From a virus (Duplodnaviria; Heunggongvirae; Uroviricota; Caudoviricetes): DNA of 38,529 nucleotides. Position numbers and translations under genes: made by a program. The stretch lies in the IMG/VR virus record IMGVR_UViG_2563366802_000008. The stretch is one strand, 5' to 3'. A model generated the notes under the pieces. The model saw nothing but the letters and a program-made list of their open reading frames with translations. It had not been told where the DNA came from and did no database searches. Positions 1 through 9,216 of this stretch are shown piece after piece (positions within the stretch are counted from its first letter, which is position 1; the number at the start of each line of letters is the position of its first letter).

Positions 1-1236
1 CTACGATAACCGCGCATTCAACATAGCTACCTGTTCGTCGTTCATGTCATCAATCCACATACCGTAAATTTCATACACCATCTGCGCAGTTTCATGCCCC
101 ATCTGGCTGGCTATAAATGCCGGGTTCGCTCCTGCCGTCAACAGCCAGCAGGCAAAAGTATGTCGCGTATGGTACGGATTACGGCGGCGAATACCAGCAC
201 GTTTTACTGCTGCATTCCATCTCGCACCCAAACTGCTTACCGAGTAATAAGGTTTCTGTTTTCCGTTACACATCCTGGGCATGAAAACAAAATGCAGTTT
301 TTGCTTTTCGGTTCTGCCGTACTCCCGATGATAAAAAGTGATTTCGCTTTTGCGATGATGCCCGGTCAGTTTGTATTGCTCCTTCAGTGCTTCAAGAGCT
401 GGCTGTAGTAATGTTACCGTCCGGATCCCGGCATTTGTTTTTGGGGGACCGAACATATCAAGTATCGTCAGGTTTCTTCTGACATTCACAATTCCCTTCT
501 CGAAATCCACATCCTCCCACGCCAGAGCTGCCAGTTCCCCGTGACGAAGCCCGGAGTAAACGGCAAATTTCCACAAGTTTTGGCTCTGTCCTTTTTCACT
601 TTCCATTAATGCATTGAATTCTGTTTTAGATAACGGGTCAGGCTTTATTCTGTTTCGCTGTAATTTTTTTACTCCTTCAAATGGTTTGGTTGATATAAAT
701 CCCGACTGATACGCAAAACGTAACAGCGAACAGAGCAGGGCGATATAGTTATCAACTGTGCGCACGGTTCTTCCTTTTTTGTTGGATCTTGGATTATCCA
801 GGTAAAGTGTTTCTCCATGCAGCAGTTCATTCCGGTAGTTTAAGATATCGCTATAACGAATATATGATATCGGGGTACTTTCACAAATTATTATTCTGAG
901 TGTTTTTAATTGTGATTTCGTTTTCTTCATTGTGTTTGTTGTTAACTCTGTCTCTTTAATTTTTGTCCAGATATCACAAAGCTCCCCGAACGTTTTTATG
1001 ACTCTCGTTGTCACCATTTTTGCCCCAGTGCTGGACTGGGGAAAACGTCTTAAATACTCAAATTCACCGGAGTTTATTTCATGAACTATCAGCGCTCTTA
1101 AATTTCCGGCTTTTTTAATATTACTGTTTGTAATCTCCCAGCCTTTTAATGTTTCCCGACATCGTTTTCCTCGAAACATGAACCAGATGCGAATGTTTCT
1201 ACCTCTAATCTCGACACCTGTTGGTAATTTAGACAT
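1..1236 (-). CDS. intR: Phage tyrosine integrase (Rac IntR-like)
   Basis: 411-aa ORF; by recall near-identical to E. coli K-12 Rac IntR (MSKLPTGVEIRGR...); C-terminal HTRHTF...Y catalytic region; stop codon abuts window start. Confidence 0.9.
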   Translation of the reverse strand: MSKLPTGVEIRGRNIRIWFMFRGKRCRETLKGWEITNSNIKKAGNLRALIVHEINSGEFEYLRRFPQSSTGAKMVTTRVIKTFGELCDIWTKIKETELTTNTMKKTKSQLKTLRIIICESTPISYIRYSDILNYRNELLHGETLYLDNPRSNKKGRTVRTVDNYIALLCSLLRFAYQSGFISTKPFEGVKKLQRNRIKPDPLSKTEFNALMESEKGQSQNLWKFAVYSGLRHGELAALAWEDVDFEKGIVNVRRNLTILDMFGPPKTNAGIRTVTLLQPALEALKEQYKLTGHHRKSEITFYHREYGRTEKQKLHFVFMPRMCNGKQKPYYSVSSLGARWNAAVKRAGIRRRNPYHTRHTFACWLLTAGANPAFIASQMGHETAQMVYEIYGMWIDDMNDEQVAMLNARLS

Positions 1237-1237
1237 A

Positions 1238-1453
1238 TCATGAGTCTTTGATAAACTGATTTATCTTTGGATAGTTGTACCAGATAATCCCTCGTTTGCT
1301 GTCTGGCTTACCTAAAGGAGATACTCGTTTGAAGTGGAAGCCCTCCACCCAACAGTTCTGGCGGTATGCTTCAATTTGTCTGGCCCCCAGACCAGTGCGA
1401 AGCATCAGGCCGTATTCAACCATCCACTCTTCATTAAAGATTACTTGTGCCAT
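1238..1453 (-). CDS. xisR: Excisionase (Rac XisR/YdaQ-like)
   Basis: ORF 1238-1477; internal Met ([15 protein letters not shown]...) gives a 71-aa product matching recalled YdaQ; lies immediately upstream of integrase on the same strand. Confidence 0.75.
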   Translation of the reverse strand: MAQVIFNEEWMVEYGLMLRTGLGARQIEAYRQNCWVEGFHFKRVSPLGKPDSKRGIIWYNYPKINQFIKDS

Positions 1454-1552
1454 CGCATCACCTCTGGCAGGCGCCAATGTTAGACTGAAATTGACGCCTG
1501 ATGTTGATTATTAATAATCAGCTATGAAGTTTTAATTTGAATACAATGCAAT

Positions 1553-1741
1553 TCACGAGGACTGAAGTTTCTCGCAATTAAAATTTATCAGTTTTACTTT
1601 CTGCTCTCTGGAAACGCCTGCTTCTTTTTTACCTGAGAGCATTTTTTCGCATTCTGATTTCGTTAGTTTAGATTTTGAATATCTTGTCCAGTTAGTAGGA
1701 GTGCCACCTTCCTTTTCAATTGTAGCGGTAATTTTATACAT
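1553..1741 (-). CDS. ydaC: YdaC-like small protein (Rac early-left region)
   Basis: ORF 1553-1813; start chosen at ATG 1739-1741 (MYKITATIEKEGG...) because it is preceded by GGAGG at 5-nt spacing; start uncertain. Confidence 0.5.
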   Translation of the reverse strand: MYKITATIEKEGGTPTNWTRYSKSKLTKSECEKMLSGKKEAGVSREQKVKLINFNCEKLQSS

Positions 1742-1940
1742 GAACGCCTCCATTAATATTTTCAGTGGTTCGTTTATTCCATCTTTCGAGCGCTTCTTTT
1801 TCACTTCCACCATAGCCAGTTCGGGATTCGCATCCGTTGCATTTTGCCCGGTAATATCCTGAAATGTCTTTCACCGTTACTGATGGACAACCACAAAACG
1901 GACATGGTTTAACATCGTCATATCTCAAAGTTTTTGTCAT
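1734..1940 (-). CDS. ralR: Restriction alleviation protein Lar/RalR
   Basis: ORF 1734-1967; product from MTKTLRYDDVKPCPFCGCPSVTV... matches recalled Lar; CxxC...CxxC zinc-ribbon-like cysteines. Confidence 0.7.
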   Translation of the reverse strand: MTKTLRYDDVKPCPFCGCPSVTVKDISGYYRAKCNGCESRTGYGGSEKEALERWNKRTTENINGGVHV

Positions 1941-1984
1941 AAAAACTATCTCACGTTGGCGGTGCATTACACCGCCAGGCTGGA

Positions 1985-2818
1985 TTATTCTTCTGGATTA
2001 TCGATTACACTGTATTCCCCGGCTATAACCGATATGTCGTCTGGATTAATTGTTTCCACCTCTTTTCCATCCATCGATACTGCACGCTGGATTTCAATAG
2101 ATACCGGCAGATACTTGAACAGTTTTCGTATCACTGTCTTTTTGGCCATGTCTTCAAAGTGTTCATCCCAGATGGACGACGCCCCTTTTGACGCTGCGTT
2201 TTTTGCCGCCTTGCTGTGTGTGTCGCGAACTTTTTCTACTTGTTTGCGGGTCATGACTTCAAACTGCACTCCTCCGTCTTTCAGTTTTGCAACAGCATAG
2301 ACATGGGTTATAGGGGCATCTTCGTTTTCACCGGGACGATGAACCAGTTTTTCATCAAGGCCAAGTTCATAGCTGAATTCATCACATTCACGGACAACAC
2401 GAGCTGACAGACTGATGATTTGACCTGATCGACGGGCAAGGTCGATCATGCCGCGATAACCGATGATCAGCTGTACGTTCTTCTTACCGTTTTTTGCTTT
2501 TCCGTTGCCGAACGGTAGCAGATATGCATGACCGAGGGCGCTACCTGGCTCAAGTCCGAGCTGTGAACACTGTACGATGGCACCGATAAAACTCGTCGAG
2601 TCACAGTTTCTTAGTTCCGGTACTTTACGGATTTCTGTTGTAGCAATGCGGATCATGCGTTCCGCTGTCATGTGACGTGGCAGAGCTGCTGCCAGTTGCG
2701 CTTTCATTGCCGGGCTGTTAATCACGCACAGCACATCCTTATCGTTAACTGCTGCTGGTGCACGGTTTCCCTGAGTTTTTTGCAGATCGGCTTTTGCGAT
2801 AGGTGGTTGCTTAGTCAT
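1985..2818 (-). CDS. recT: Recombinase RecT (single-strand annealing protein)
   Basis: ORF 1985-2875; start at ATG 2816-2818 ([16 protein letters not shown]...) matches recalled K-12 RecT; start sits 2 nt after the recE stop. Confidence 0.9.
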   Translation of the reverse strand: MTKQPPIAKADLQKTQGNRAPAAVNDKDVLCVINSPAMKAQLAAALPRHMTAERMIRIATTEIRKVPELRNCDSTSFIGAIVQCSQLGLEPGSALGHAYLLPFGNGKAKNGKKNVQLIIGYRGMIDLARRSGQIISLSARVVRECDEFSYELGLDEKLVHRPGENEDAPITHVYAVAKLKDGGVQFEVMTRKQVEKVRDTHSKAAKNAASKGASSIWDEHFEDMAKKTVIRKLFKYLPVSIEIQRAVSMDGKEVETINPDDISVIAGEYSVIDNPEE

Positions 2819-5411
2819 TTGCATACTCCTTAGCCCAGCGGGGCAGTGATAACGTCTTAATAGCTGGCCATTCATCGGTATTTAGGCAGTCAGCCAGGGT
2901 CCGCAGATTGCGGTGATATTCCTGCTGGCCTGCCAGTTTTGCTTCTTCGCCCATCATGAAAATCTCAACCGGATAACGTCCGCATTCAACAGTTGTGCTG
3001 GCAACCAGAAAAACGAAAGTTGGCTGCACACCAAACTGTGCTTCATAACCGTCACTGTAGAATGCATCCTGAACGTGATAGCGGTAGTCGTAATAAGACG
3101 TTTTGAATCGTTGAATATCCGCTGTGGTTTTCACGTCCATGATCCAGTGAAATTCAGGAATAATTTTGTCCGGACGGCACCGACACAAAATTCCTGTTTC
3201 CGGATCTTCCCAGTAAATTGATGATTCAGCGTGTCCGGCGCTTTCAACAAGCCATTGCCCCAGCGGCAAAGCCATAACGCTTTGATACATGAGTTCAATT
3301 TTCCGGCCTTCTTCCGCAGTGATAACCGTTTTTCCTGTGCTTGCGCATTCCATCAGAAACGCTTTCTCTTCTTCTTTTCCGGCGTTTGTACGGCGGTTAA
3401 ATTCAGGTGCTACGATAAAGCGGTTACTAAATTCTTCCGGTTCAAGTACCCGGCAGTGGAAAGCGGTTCCTAAATCGAGCGTTTTTGTCTTTGTAGTGTC
3501 CACGGGGGCATTTTTACGCCACAAATACAGTGCCGGAGTATCAGCAATGTCATCGAGCTGAGACTTACTGACACCGGGACCCGCGTGGTAATTCTCATTC
3601 GAAATTCCGTAATAAATACCGGGCTCTATGTCTTCTACGATTACGGGATCTGCGACTTCGCCAGTTTCATCACTGCAATCGCGATGCGGATCGCTGCCAG
3701 CATTCTCATTGTGCGGATGTTCAGCGCCTTCCATTTCCTCCGGATCATTTTCCTGAACTTCAACCTGATTCTCTTCACCGAATGTTTCCTGGTATGTTGC
3801 GTCGCCCATCACCGCACCACAGTCAGGGCAGTTATCCCCGCCAGTCTGACCGCAGGCATTGCAGACTATTTCCTGTTCCTGTTGCACTACTGGCTCAGGT
3901 TGTTTCGCATCCGGGCTGATTATTTCCGTTTCTGGCTGGTTCTGGTACACAGAATCGCGAGTCTGGATCCCCTTTACCCATTTCGGATCGTTCGGGTCGC
4001 TAATTCCGTCAACAAATTCACCACGTGATGCAGCAAGCAATTTATCGGCATCGACAGGATCTTTTGATGGAATGTTTTTTCGGGCTTCATGGAGTTCTAC
4101 CCGCAGTTCCTGATATTTCGCATCAACAGAATTTACCTGTGACTGAGCATCCAGCGGCTGCGTGTCCTGATGATGTTCAGTTGCGTCCGGTTCCATTGTT
4201 TCAGCCTCTCCCTGTTCAACTGCCGTTGTTCCAGATGGTTGCGGTTTTTCTTCATCATCCTGTTTTCCTTCTTCTGTTACTCGCTGCGGCATCGGGGCAG
4301 AGGAGCGACCGCAGGCAATATCCACGATTTCCGGATCAGGGTTGGCATGATCGGTTTCAGTCAGTACTTTGTTCAGATATTCAGTGACGTGCGCGGGGAT
4401 GACCTCGATCCCAATTGGTGCTTCTTTTACGGACGCAACCACGATGGCGTGGGAATAATCCAGCCCGCCAAGCATGGTGATGAATTTGTCGCGGAAAACA
4501 GAAAAGGGCGGTTTATTTTCAGCGATAATTTCCTCAATGCGTTTAGCGTGTGCCGGATGAAGGTTATAGATGTCCAGATCCATTGAACGGGCCAGTACGC
4601 CAGTGGCTACGTCGCGCGCCAGTGACGTCAGATCGTGTACGAAACCTTCGCCGCGATCGGTGAGGTTTCCGCCGCCAGCATTAGCACCGGAAGCCGTGCG
4701 AGTGATGTGTGAAACACGATTACCCTTCATCCACTCTTTTGTCAGCAGTCCTCGATCGGTGTAGTCAGCGTTCAGGTATGCTTCGAAAAAAGCAGTTATC
4801 AGTCCCAGGTTTGAATTACCAGGATTAGGGAAAACTTTGTCAGTGTCACGAACCAGTTTGTGGAGTTCGCGAATTTCCAGCGGGTCGAGCAGGCTGGTTT
4901 TGTGGGAAACAGCCAGGGCAGTAACAGCCGGTAGTTCTTCAGCCCGAGCAATGTGTAATGCCTGGAGTCCGTCGCGTGAAACGTGCGTTACCGGTTTTTC
5001 GCTGCCGTGTTGAGCAAGCCAACGAATGGGCAGTTCCTGGCCAGAAATTGGGAGTAGCATATTCTCCTCAATCTCAGTCATGTCTTCGCCGTTGACGTTG
5101 GTATTGCCTTGATAGTGAGCGTTGTCTGGTGCTGCTCCCGGTTTTAGTTCCCATGTCATGGAGTCTTTGCTGAGTTGATAGCGTTCACTCCAGGTAAAAT
5201 CGATCTCACCTTCAGCGGGCAGGTCATTAACGACAGGAAAATTCGTGGCAACAGCTTTAAAATAGCTGCTCAGTTTTTTACCTGACTTAACGATCAGGTA
5301 GTCCAGAGTGGCACAGGTCGATTCAAAATCGTTGCTTGCCCACAGGACGACGTCAGGTTCACCGGATGATTTTTTCGCTTTCCGTAACAGGAAGAGTGGT
5401 TTTGTGCTCAT
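2811..5411 (-). CDS. recE: Exonuclease VIII RecE
   Basis: 866-aa ORF; sequence ([20 protein letters not shown]... ending ...RWAKEYAND) matches recalled full-length K-12 RecE. Confidence 0.9.
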   Translation of the reverse strand: MSTKPLFLLRKAKKSSGEPDVVLWASNDFESTCATLDYLIVKSGKKLSSYFKAVATNFPVVNDLPAEGEIDFTWSERYQLSKDSMTWELKPGAAPDNAHYQGNTNVNGEDMTEIEENMLLPISGQELPIRWLAQHGSEKPVTHVSRDGLQALHIARAEELPAVTALAVSHKTSLLDPLEIRELHKLVRDTDKVFPNPGNSNLGLITAFFEAYLNADYTDRGLLTKEWMKGNRVSHITRTASGANAGGGNLTDRGEGFVHDLTSLARDVATGVLARSMDLDIYNLHPAHAKRIEEIIAENKPPFSVFRDKFITMLGGLDYSHAIVVASVKEAPIGIEVIPAHVTEYLNKVLTETDHANPDPEIVDIACGRSSAPMPQRVTEEGKQDDEEKPQPSGTTAVEQGEAETMEPDATEHHQDTQPLDAQSQVNSVDAKYQELRVELHEARKNIPSKDPVDADKLLAASRGEFVDGISDPNDPKWVKGIQTRDSVYQNQPETEIISPDAKQPEPVVQQEQEIVCNACGQTGGDNCPDCGAVMGDATYQETFGEENQVEVQENDPEEMEGAEHPHNENAGSDPHRDCSDETGEVADPVIVEDIEPGIYYGISNENYHAGPGVSKSQLDDIADTPALYLWRKNAPVDTTKTKTLDLGTAFHCRVLEPEEFSNRFIVAPEFNRRTNAGKEEEKAFLMECASTGKTVITAEEGRKIELMYQSVMALPLGQWLVESAGHAESSIYWEDPETGILCRCRPDKIIPEFHWIMDVKTTADIQRFKTSYYDYRYHVQDAFYSDGYEAQFGVQPTFVFLVASTTVECGRYPVEIFMMGEEAKLAGQQEYHRNLRTLADCLNTDEWPAIKTLSLPRWAKEYAND

Positions 5412-5512
5412 TGTTTTTTAACCTCAACTCAGATTAAAATTCGTTTTGTTCAGTGAATGATCTTGCCGGATACACACTGTTCATAGCCTGCGCCATACGC
5501 AGGCTATTTCTT

Positions 5513-5788
5513 TCAGATTTCACCTTTTAATTTCATTGCAATTAGAGTTGCCAGAAATTCGGCTTTTTTTTCTGCGGGCAGATTCTTTCCGATATGCACC
5601 AGGCACATTTTTTTGACACCTTCATCAAGTGTTTTTACGTTGCCTGATGGACCATCGATATCAACCACAGTGAATGGGGTTTCTTTATTTTCTGTTTTAA
5701 TTACGTAGCCAATGCGCTTTCCTTCCAGATTCACCTCGTGAACAATGTCATCGGTAGTTACAACAGTGGCTTCATAATTGGTAATCAT
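5513..5788 (-). CDS. racC: RacC-like protein
   Basis: ORF 5513-5836; start at internal ATG 5786-5788 (MITNYEATVVTTDD...) preceded by AAGGAG; 91 aa as recalled for RacC. Confidence 0.7.
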   Translation of the reverse strand: MITNYEATVVTTDDIVHEVNLEGKRIGYVIKTENKETPFTVVDIDGPSGNVKTLDEGVKKMCLVHIGKNLPAEKKAEFLATLIAMKLKGEI

Positions 5789-5862
5789 GTTTTTCTCCTT
5801 AATTAAGGTTGAGCGAATACCTGCCATTTCTGGCATAAATTCAGTTTCGAATAGTCAATTAA

Positions 5863-6033
5863 TTAAAGTTCATGTGCCATCTGGTCTTTTTCGGCACAAA
5901 CTTCACTGCAATATTTTCTCGGTTCGTCTTTTGATAAAATCCCGTGCATGAAGTGAAGCATTCTTTCAATAGCTTTGCTTTCTTCAACGTCTTTTTTGCA
6001 AAGGTGGTAAGCACATTTTATTTTCTTAGTCAT
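5863..6033 (-). CDS. ydaE: YdaE-like small zinc-binding protein (56 aa)
   Basis: Not in the ORF track (below length cutoff); manual translation gives [56 protein letters not shown]; its ATG overlaps the kilR stop (ATGA). Confidence 0.6.
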   Translation of the reverse strand: MTKKIKCAYHLCKKDVEESKAIERMLHFMHGILSKDEPRKYCSEVCAEKDQMAHEL

Positions 6034-6254
6034 CACCATGACTCCGCCTTTACAGGTAAACCATCACGACCGAGGAAGACTTTAATCATGCGGTCAGTAA
6101 TGCATGTTTTTGTGGTCAGGTTACGAATATATAGTTTTCGCTTTTTAATATTGTTTGCCGAGGCAATATATGTCCGGCCTTCATGAAGAACATAATCGCC
6201 AGGAGTCACACACTGACGTGGTATTTCATCAGTTCCGAAGTGATGTGCAATCAT
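6033..6254 (-). CDS. kilR: Killing protein KilR (cell-division inhibitor)
   Basis: ORF 6033-6266; start at ATG 6252-6254 ([14 protein letters not shown]...) preceded by GGAGA; matches recalled 73-aa KilR. Confidence 0.8.
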   Translation of the reverse strand: MIAHHFGTDEIPRQCVTPGDYVLHEGRTYIASANNIKKRKLYIRNLTTKTCITDRMIKVFLGRDGLPVKAESW

Positions 6255-6695
6255 AATTATCTCCATTTTTACAAATGAACTTTGTTGATGCGGTGCCTGG
6301 TGCCTCCAGGTGACTGCAACCAGTTAACAATTACAGTCGGCTTTCCCACCCAAACCAATAAGGACTAACATGACTTTTAACTGTGCCACGTGCGCTTAGC
6401 CGCATTCACCGCATCACAAAATTCACTTTAAAAAGGGCGGACATCAGCCGAACTTCAAGAAAAAAACTGATGCCGCCAGGACTACACACAGCAATGTCGT
6501 TATTTACAACCGGAGGCGCACTCCCACCATTTAAATTTAACAGACAAGACCGACTCTTTATGGATATCGGAAATGCGCCTTCGTGTTGTGCCCGGTTTTA
6601 TTTCACCACCTCCGGGCTTCGGTGGTCTCGGCTATACCCCTACAGCGAGAGCTTGTGTTAACATTTCAATACCCTTACAGTTGAGAGTTATTGAT

Positions 6696-7184
6696 ATGTT
6701 GGATGTATTTACTCCATTGTTGAAACTTTTTGCTAACGAGCCACTCGAAAGACTTATGTATACGATTATCATTTTTGGTCTCACTCTCTGGCTGATACCG
6801 AAAGAGTTTACTGTCGCATTCAATGCTTATACTGAAATACCTTGGCTCTTTCAGATTATCGTTTTTGCCTTTTCTTTCGTGGTCGCCATTTCCTTCTCAA
6901 GATTGCGAGCACATATTCAAAAGCATTATTCATTACTACCAGAGCAACGAGTATTGCTTCGTTTATCTGAGAAAGAAATCGCTGTATTTAAAGATTTCCT
7001 TAAAACAGGAAATCTTATTATCACTTCTCCTTGCCGTAACCCGGTTATGAAAAAATTAGAACGGAAGGGCATCATTCAACATCAGAGTGATAGCGCAAAC
7101 TGTTCTTATTATCTCGTCACCGAAAAATACTCCCATTTTATGAAGTTATTCTGGAACAGCAGGAGTAGACGTTTTAATCGTTAG
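6696..7184 (+). CDS. sieB: Superinfection exclusion protein SieB
   Basis: ORF 6573-7184; internal ATG 6696 (MLDVFTPLLKLFANEPLERLMYTIIIFGL...) gives a 162-aa product matching recalled SieB; two hydrophobic N-terminal segments. Confidence 0.8.
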   Translation: MLDVFTPLLKLFANEPLERLMYTIIIFGLTLWLIPKEFTVAFNAYTEIPWLFQIIVFAFSFVVAISFSRLRAHIQKHYSLLPEQRVLLRLSEKEIAVFKDFLKTGNLIITSPCRNPVMKKLERKGIIQHQSDSANCSYYLVTEKYSHFMKLFWNSRSRRFNR

Positions 7185-7336
7185 CTTACTGTGTGCTTCT
7201 CCAACCATCGGCGCGCACCAGTTTCGGTTTTAAATGTTTTGCTTTTGGTATACGTCATGGCAGTGAACGTTCCATCCTGGTTGGGGAACACGCCGCACAC
7301 CAGGGATTCGTTGTTGCCGAGGTCGATTTTTTGCAT
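7181..7336 (-). CDS. ydaF: YdaF-like small protein (51 aa)
   Basis: Manual translation of the minus strand: MQKIDLGNNESLVCGVFPNQDGTFTAMTYTKSKTFKTETGARRWLEKHTVS; below the ORF-track cutoff. Confidence 0.6.
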   Translation of the reverse strand: MQKIDLGNNESLVCGVFPNQDGTFTAMTYTKSKTFKTETGARRWLEKHTVS

Positions 7337-7346
7337 TTTGCGAATC

Positions 7347-7481
7347 TCACATCTTGTTGCTACGTATAGCGACTTCTGCCTGCCAGAGATCCCAGTCGTT
7401 GCTGCGTAAAGCCTGCACAGCCTGGTTGTAAGTGATACCGCAACAATCCATCAAATACTGAACTACTTCGTAATGCACCAT
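7347..7481 (-). CDS. ydaG: YdaG-like small protein (44 aa)
   Basis: Manual translation: MVHYEVVQYLMDCCGITYNQAVQALRSNDWDLWQAEVAIRSNKM; preceded by AAGGGGATAG; below the ORF-track cutoff. Confidence 0.55.
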   Translation of the reverse strand: MVHYEVVQYLMDCCGITYNQAVQALRSNDWDLWQAEVAIRSNKM

Positions 7482-7762
7482 CTTATCTATCCCCTTAACG
7501 CCGGGTGGCGGAACTAACTGCTGCACTGCAAAATTTGAATCCCGCCGTCATGTTCATACGCCTCGGGCTGGCTACTTAACCCCTGACCACTGCCTGGTAA
7601 CTCGAAGTATTGCCCTGCATTCTGTAGGATGGGGTGAGGGAATGAATGAAGTTTAGAAAAACGAACTTTTCAGGTCAATGTTTATTTATCAAAACATTTT
7701 AAGCAGGCAGCTGTTAAGCCATCACCACGATGGCATACAGTTAATCAAATAGATGAGGTTGG

Positions 7763-8401
7763 TTAAATATCTTGTTGAATTTTAAAGCATACGCCCAATA
7801 TGCAAGATAGATCATCCAGCATAATTGAAGGGTAGCGAGGATTCGTGGGGACTAAAAGAATATCCGGCCCTTCTATCTCCAGTTTACGAATGACAGGTGT
7901 TGTGGTCCCTTTGGGTAAGGCAAGGACAATATTTCCTGGTTGTACGGTTCGATCGGGATCAACAAAAACTGTTGAACCATTTGGGATGGAAACTCCCCCA
8001 CCAGATGTTGACATACTGTCACTCTCTAGAACAACTGCAAAGGTATTGACCGGGATTTCTCCGACAAGCTGCACACAAGAGGTTATTGAGGAATTTTTCA
8101 TATAATCACTCCAGCTTGCTGCCTGCTGAAGTGATAGTAGCGGAACCGTTTTTATCGGCGGTAAAGATAGATCAAGCGAATCACCTGTATTTAACTCTCC
8201 TCCATTAAGAAGCCAATTTTCGTTTACTTTCAATATTTTTGCCAGTGAACTTATGTAACGCGAGGACGGCGCTCCTCCACCGTTCATCCATTGACTTACG
8301 GAGCCTTTTGATGCGCCAGTGCCATTGACAAGGTCTTTGCCTTTCAGGTTTAGCGCATGCATACGTTGGGTTATGCGTTCAGATATAGTTTGCTTGCTCA
8401 T
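7763..8401 (-). CDS. CI-like prophage repressor (N-terminal HTH, C-terminal LexA/S24-type peptidase domain)
   Basis: 212-aa ORF; N-terminal HTH-like segment (ERITQRMHALNLKGKDLVNGTGASKGSVSQWMNG); C-terminal region resembles the S24 autocleavage fold; divergent from the cro-like gene. Confidence 0.75.
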   Translation of the reverse strand: MSKQTISERITQRMHALNLKGKDLVNGTGASKGSVSQWMNGGGAPSSRYISSLAKILKVNENWLLNGGELNTGDSLDLSLPPIKTVPLLSLQQAASWSDYMKNSSITSCVQLVGEIPVNTFAVVLESDSMSTSGGGVSIPNGSTVFVDPDRTVQPGNIVLALPKGTTTPVIRKLEIEGPDILLVPTNPRYPSIMLDDLSCILGVCFKIQQDI

Positions 8402-8492
8402 GTTTTGATTTTAAAACACAGATGGTTTTGTTTCTTGACTTTCTTTGGTTTTGATTATTAAACTTTTGACGTTCAGTTTTATGGAGCGACTC
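8402..8492. promoter_or_regulatory. Divergent immunity-region promoter/operator interval (PRM/PR-like)
   Basis: 91-bp AT-rich gap between divergent repressor and cro-like genes, with repeated TTTTGATT/GTTTTGATTATT motifs and a TTGACT hexamer; assigned by position only. Confidence 0.35.
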
Positions 8493-8723
8493 ATGAAAAA
8501 ATCAGAAGTATTAGGCTATTTTGGCGGAGTTGTTAAAACAGCCGCAGCTCTAGGAACGTCAAAAACCACAGTCAGCATGTGGGGGGAAGAGGTTCCGTGG
8601 AAATGGGCGTTGCTAATTCAGGCAGTCACTGCCGGGGCGCTCAAATATGAGTTACACATACCGACGGTTGTCATTCCCGGTTCTGATCATAATCCGCCTT
8701 CTAACCAAGGGGGGGATTCATGA
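8493..8723 (+). CDS. Cro-like DNA-binding protein
   Basis: ORF 8445-8723; start chosen at ATG 8493 (MKKSEVLGYFGGVVKTAAALGTSKTTVSMW...) preceded by GGAG; HTH-like; stop overlaps the next start (ATGA). Confidence 0.6.
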   Translation: MKKSEVLGYFGGVVKTAAALGTSKTTVSMWGEEVPWKWALLIQAVTAGALKYELHIPTVVIPGSDHNPPSNQGGDS

Positions 8724-9145
8724 AAATCAAGCATGAACACATCCGCATGGCGATGAATGCCTGGGCGCATCCGGACGGCGAAAAAGTACCGGCTGCGAAA
8801 ATTACCAAAGCGTATTTCGAGCTGGGAATGACGTTCCCGGAACTGTATGACGACAGCCATCCGGAAGCCCTGGCTCGCAATACCCAGAAAATTTTCCGCT
8901 GGATAGAGAAAGACACCCCTGATGCAGTTGAAAAAATTCAGGCGTTGTTACCAGCGATCGAAAAGGCAATGCCACCTTTGCTGGTGGCCAGAATGCGCAG
9001 CCACAGTTCAGCTTATTTTCGGGAGCTGGTGGAGACGCGGGAGCGACTGGTGAGAGACGCTGATGATTTTGTCGCAGTGGCAATCGCCGGTTTCAATCAG
9101 ATGAACCGTGGTGGCCCGGCAGGAAATGCTGTGGCAGTACATTGA
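8720..9145 (+). CDS. ydaT: YdaT-like protein (Rac toxin/CII-position protein)
   Basis: 141-aa ORF beginning MKIKHEHI and ending ...VH, as recalled for K-12 YdaT; translationally coupled to the cro-like gene. Confidence 0.7.
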   Translation: MKIKHEHIRMAMNAWAHPDGEKVPAAKITKAYFELGMTFPELYDDSHPEALARNTQKIFRWIEKDTPDAVEKIQALLPAIEKAMPPLLVARMRSHSSAYFRELVETRERLVRDADDFVAVAIAGFNQMNRGGPAGNAVAVH

Positions 9146-9216
9146 CTGACAATAGCCATATCGAATCGCTTCCGGCAACTCGTGAGTAAAAAGATTCGGT
9201 ATCAGAAGAGGTGAGT

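Noticed and set aside
1275-1514. 79-aa plus-strand ORF
   Set aside because: Antisense to the excisionase gene; no RBS and no recognisable features; the minus-strand gene explains the region.
2913-4764. Series of plus-strand ORFs (80-147 aa)
   Set aside because: All lie antisense within recE; translations are low-complexity; open frames opposite a long gene are expected by chance.
6573-6695. N-terminal extension of the sieB ORF (203-aa version)
   Set aside because: The upstream part reads as junk and overlaps the kilR-side regulatory region; the internal Met gives the canonical 162-aa SieB.
7191-7409. 72-aa plus-strand ORF
   Set aside because: Antisense to the recognisable ydaF and ydaG small genes on the minus strand.
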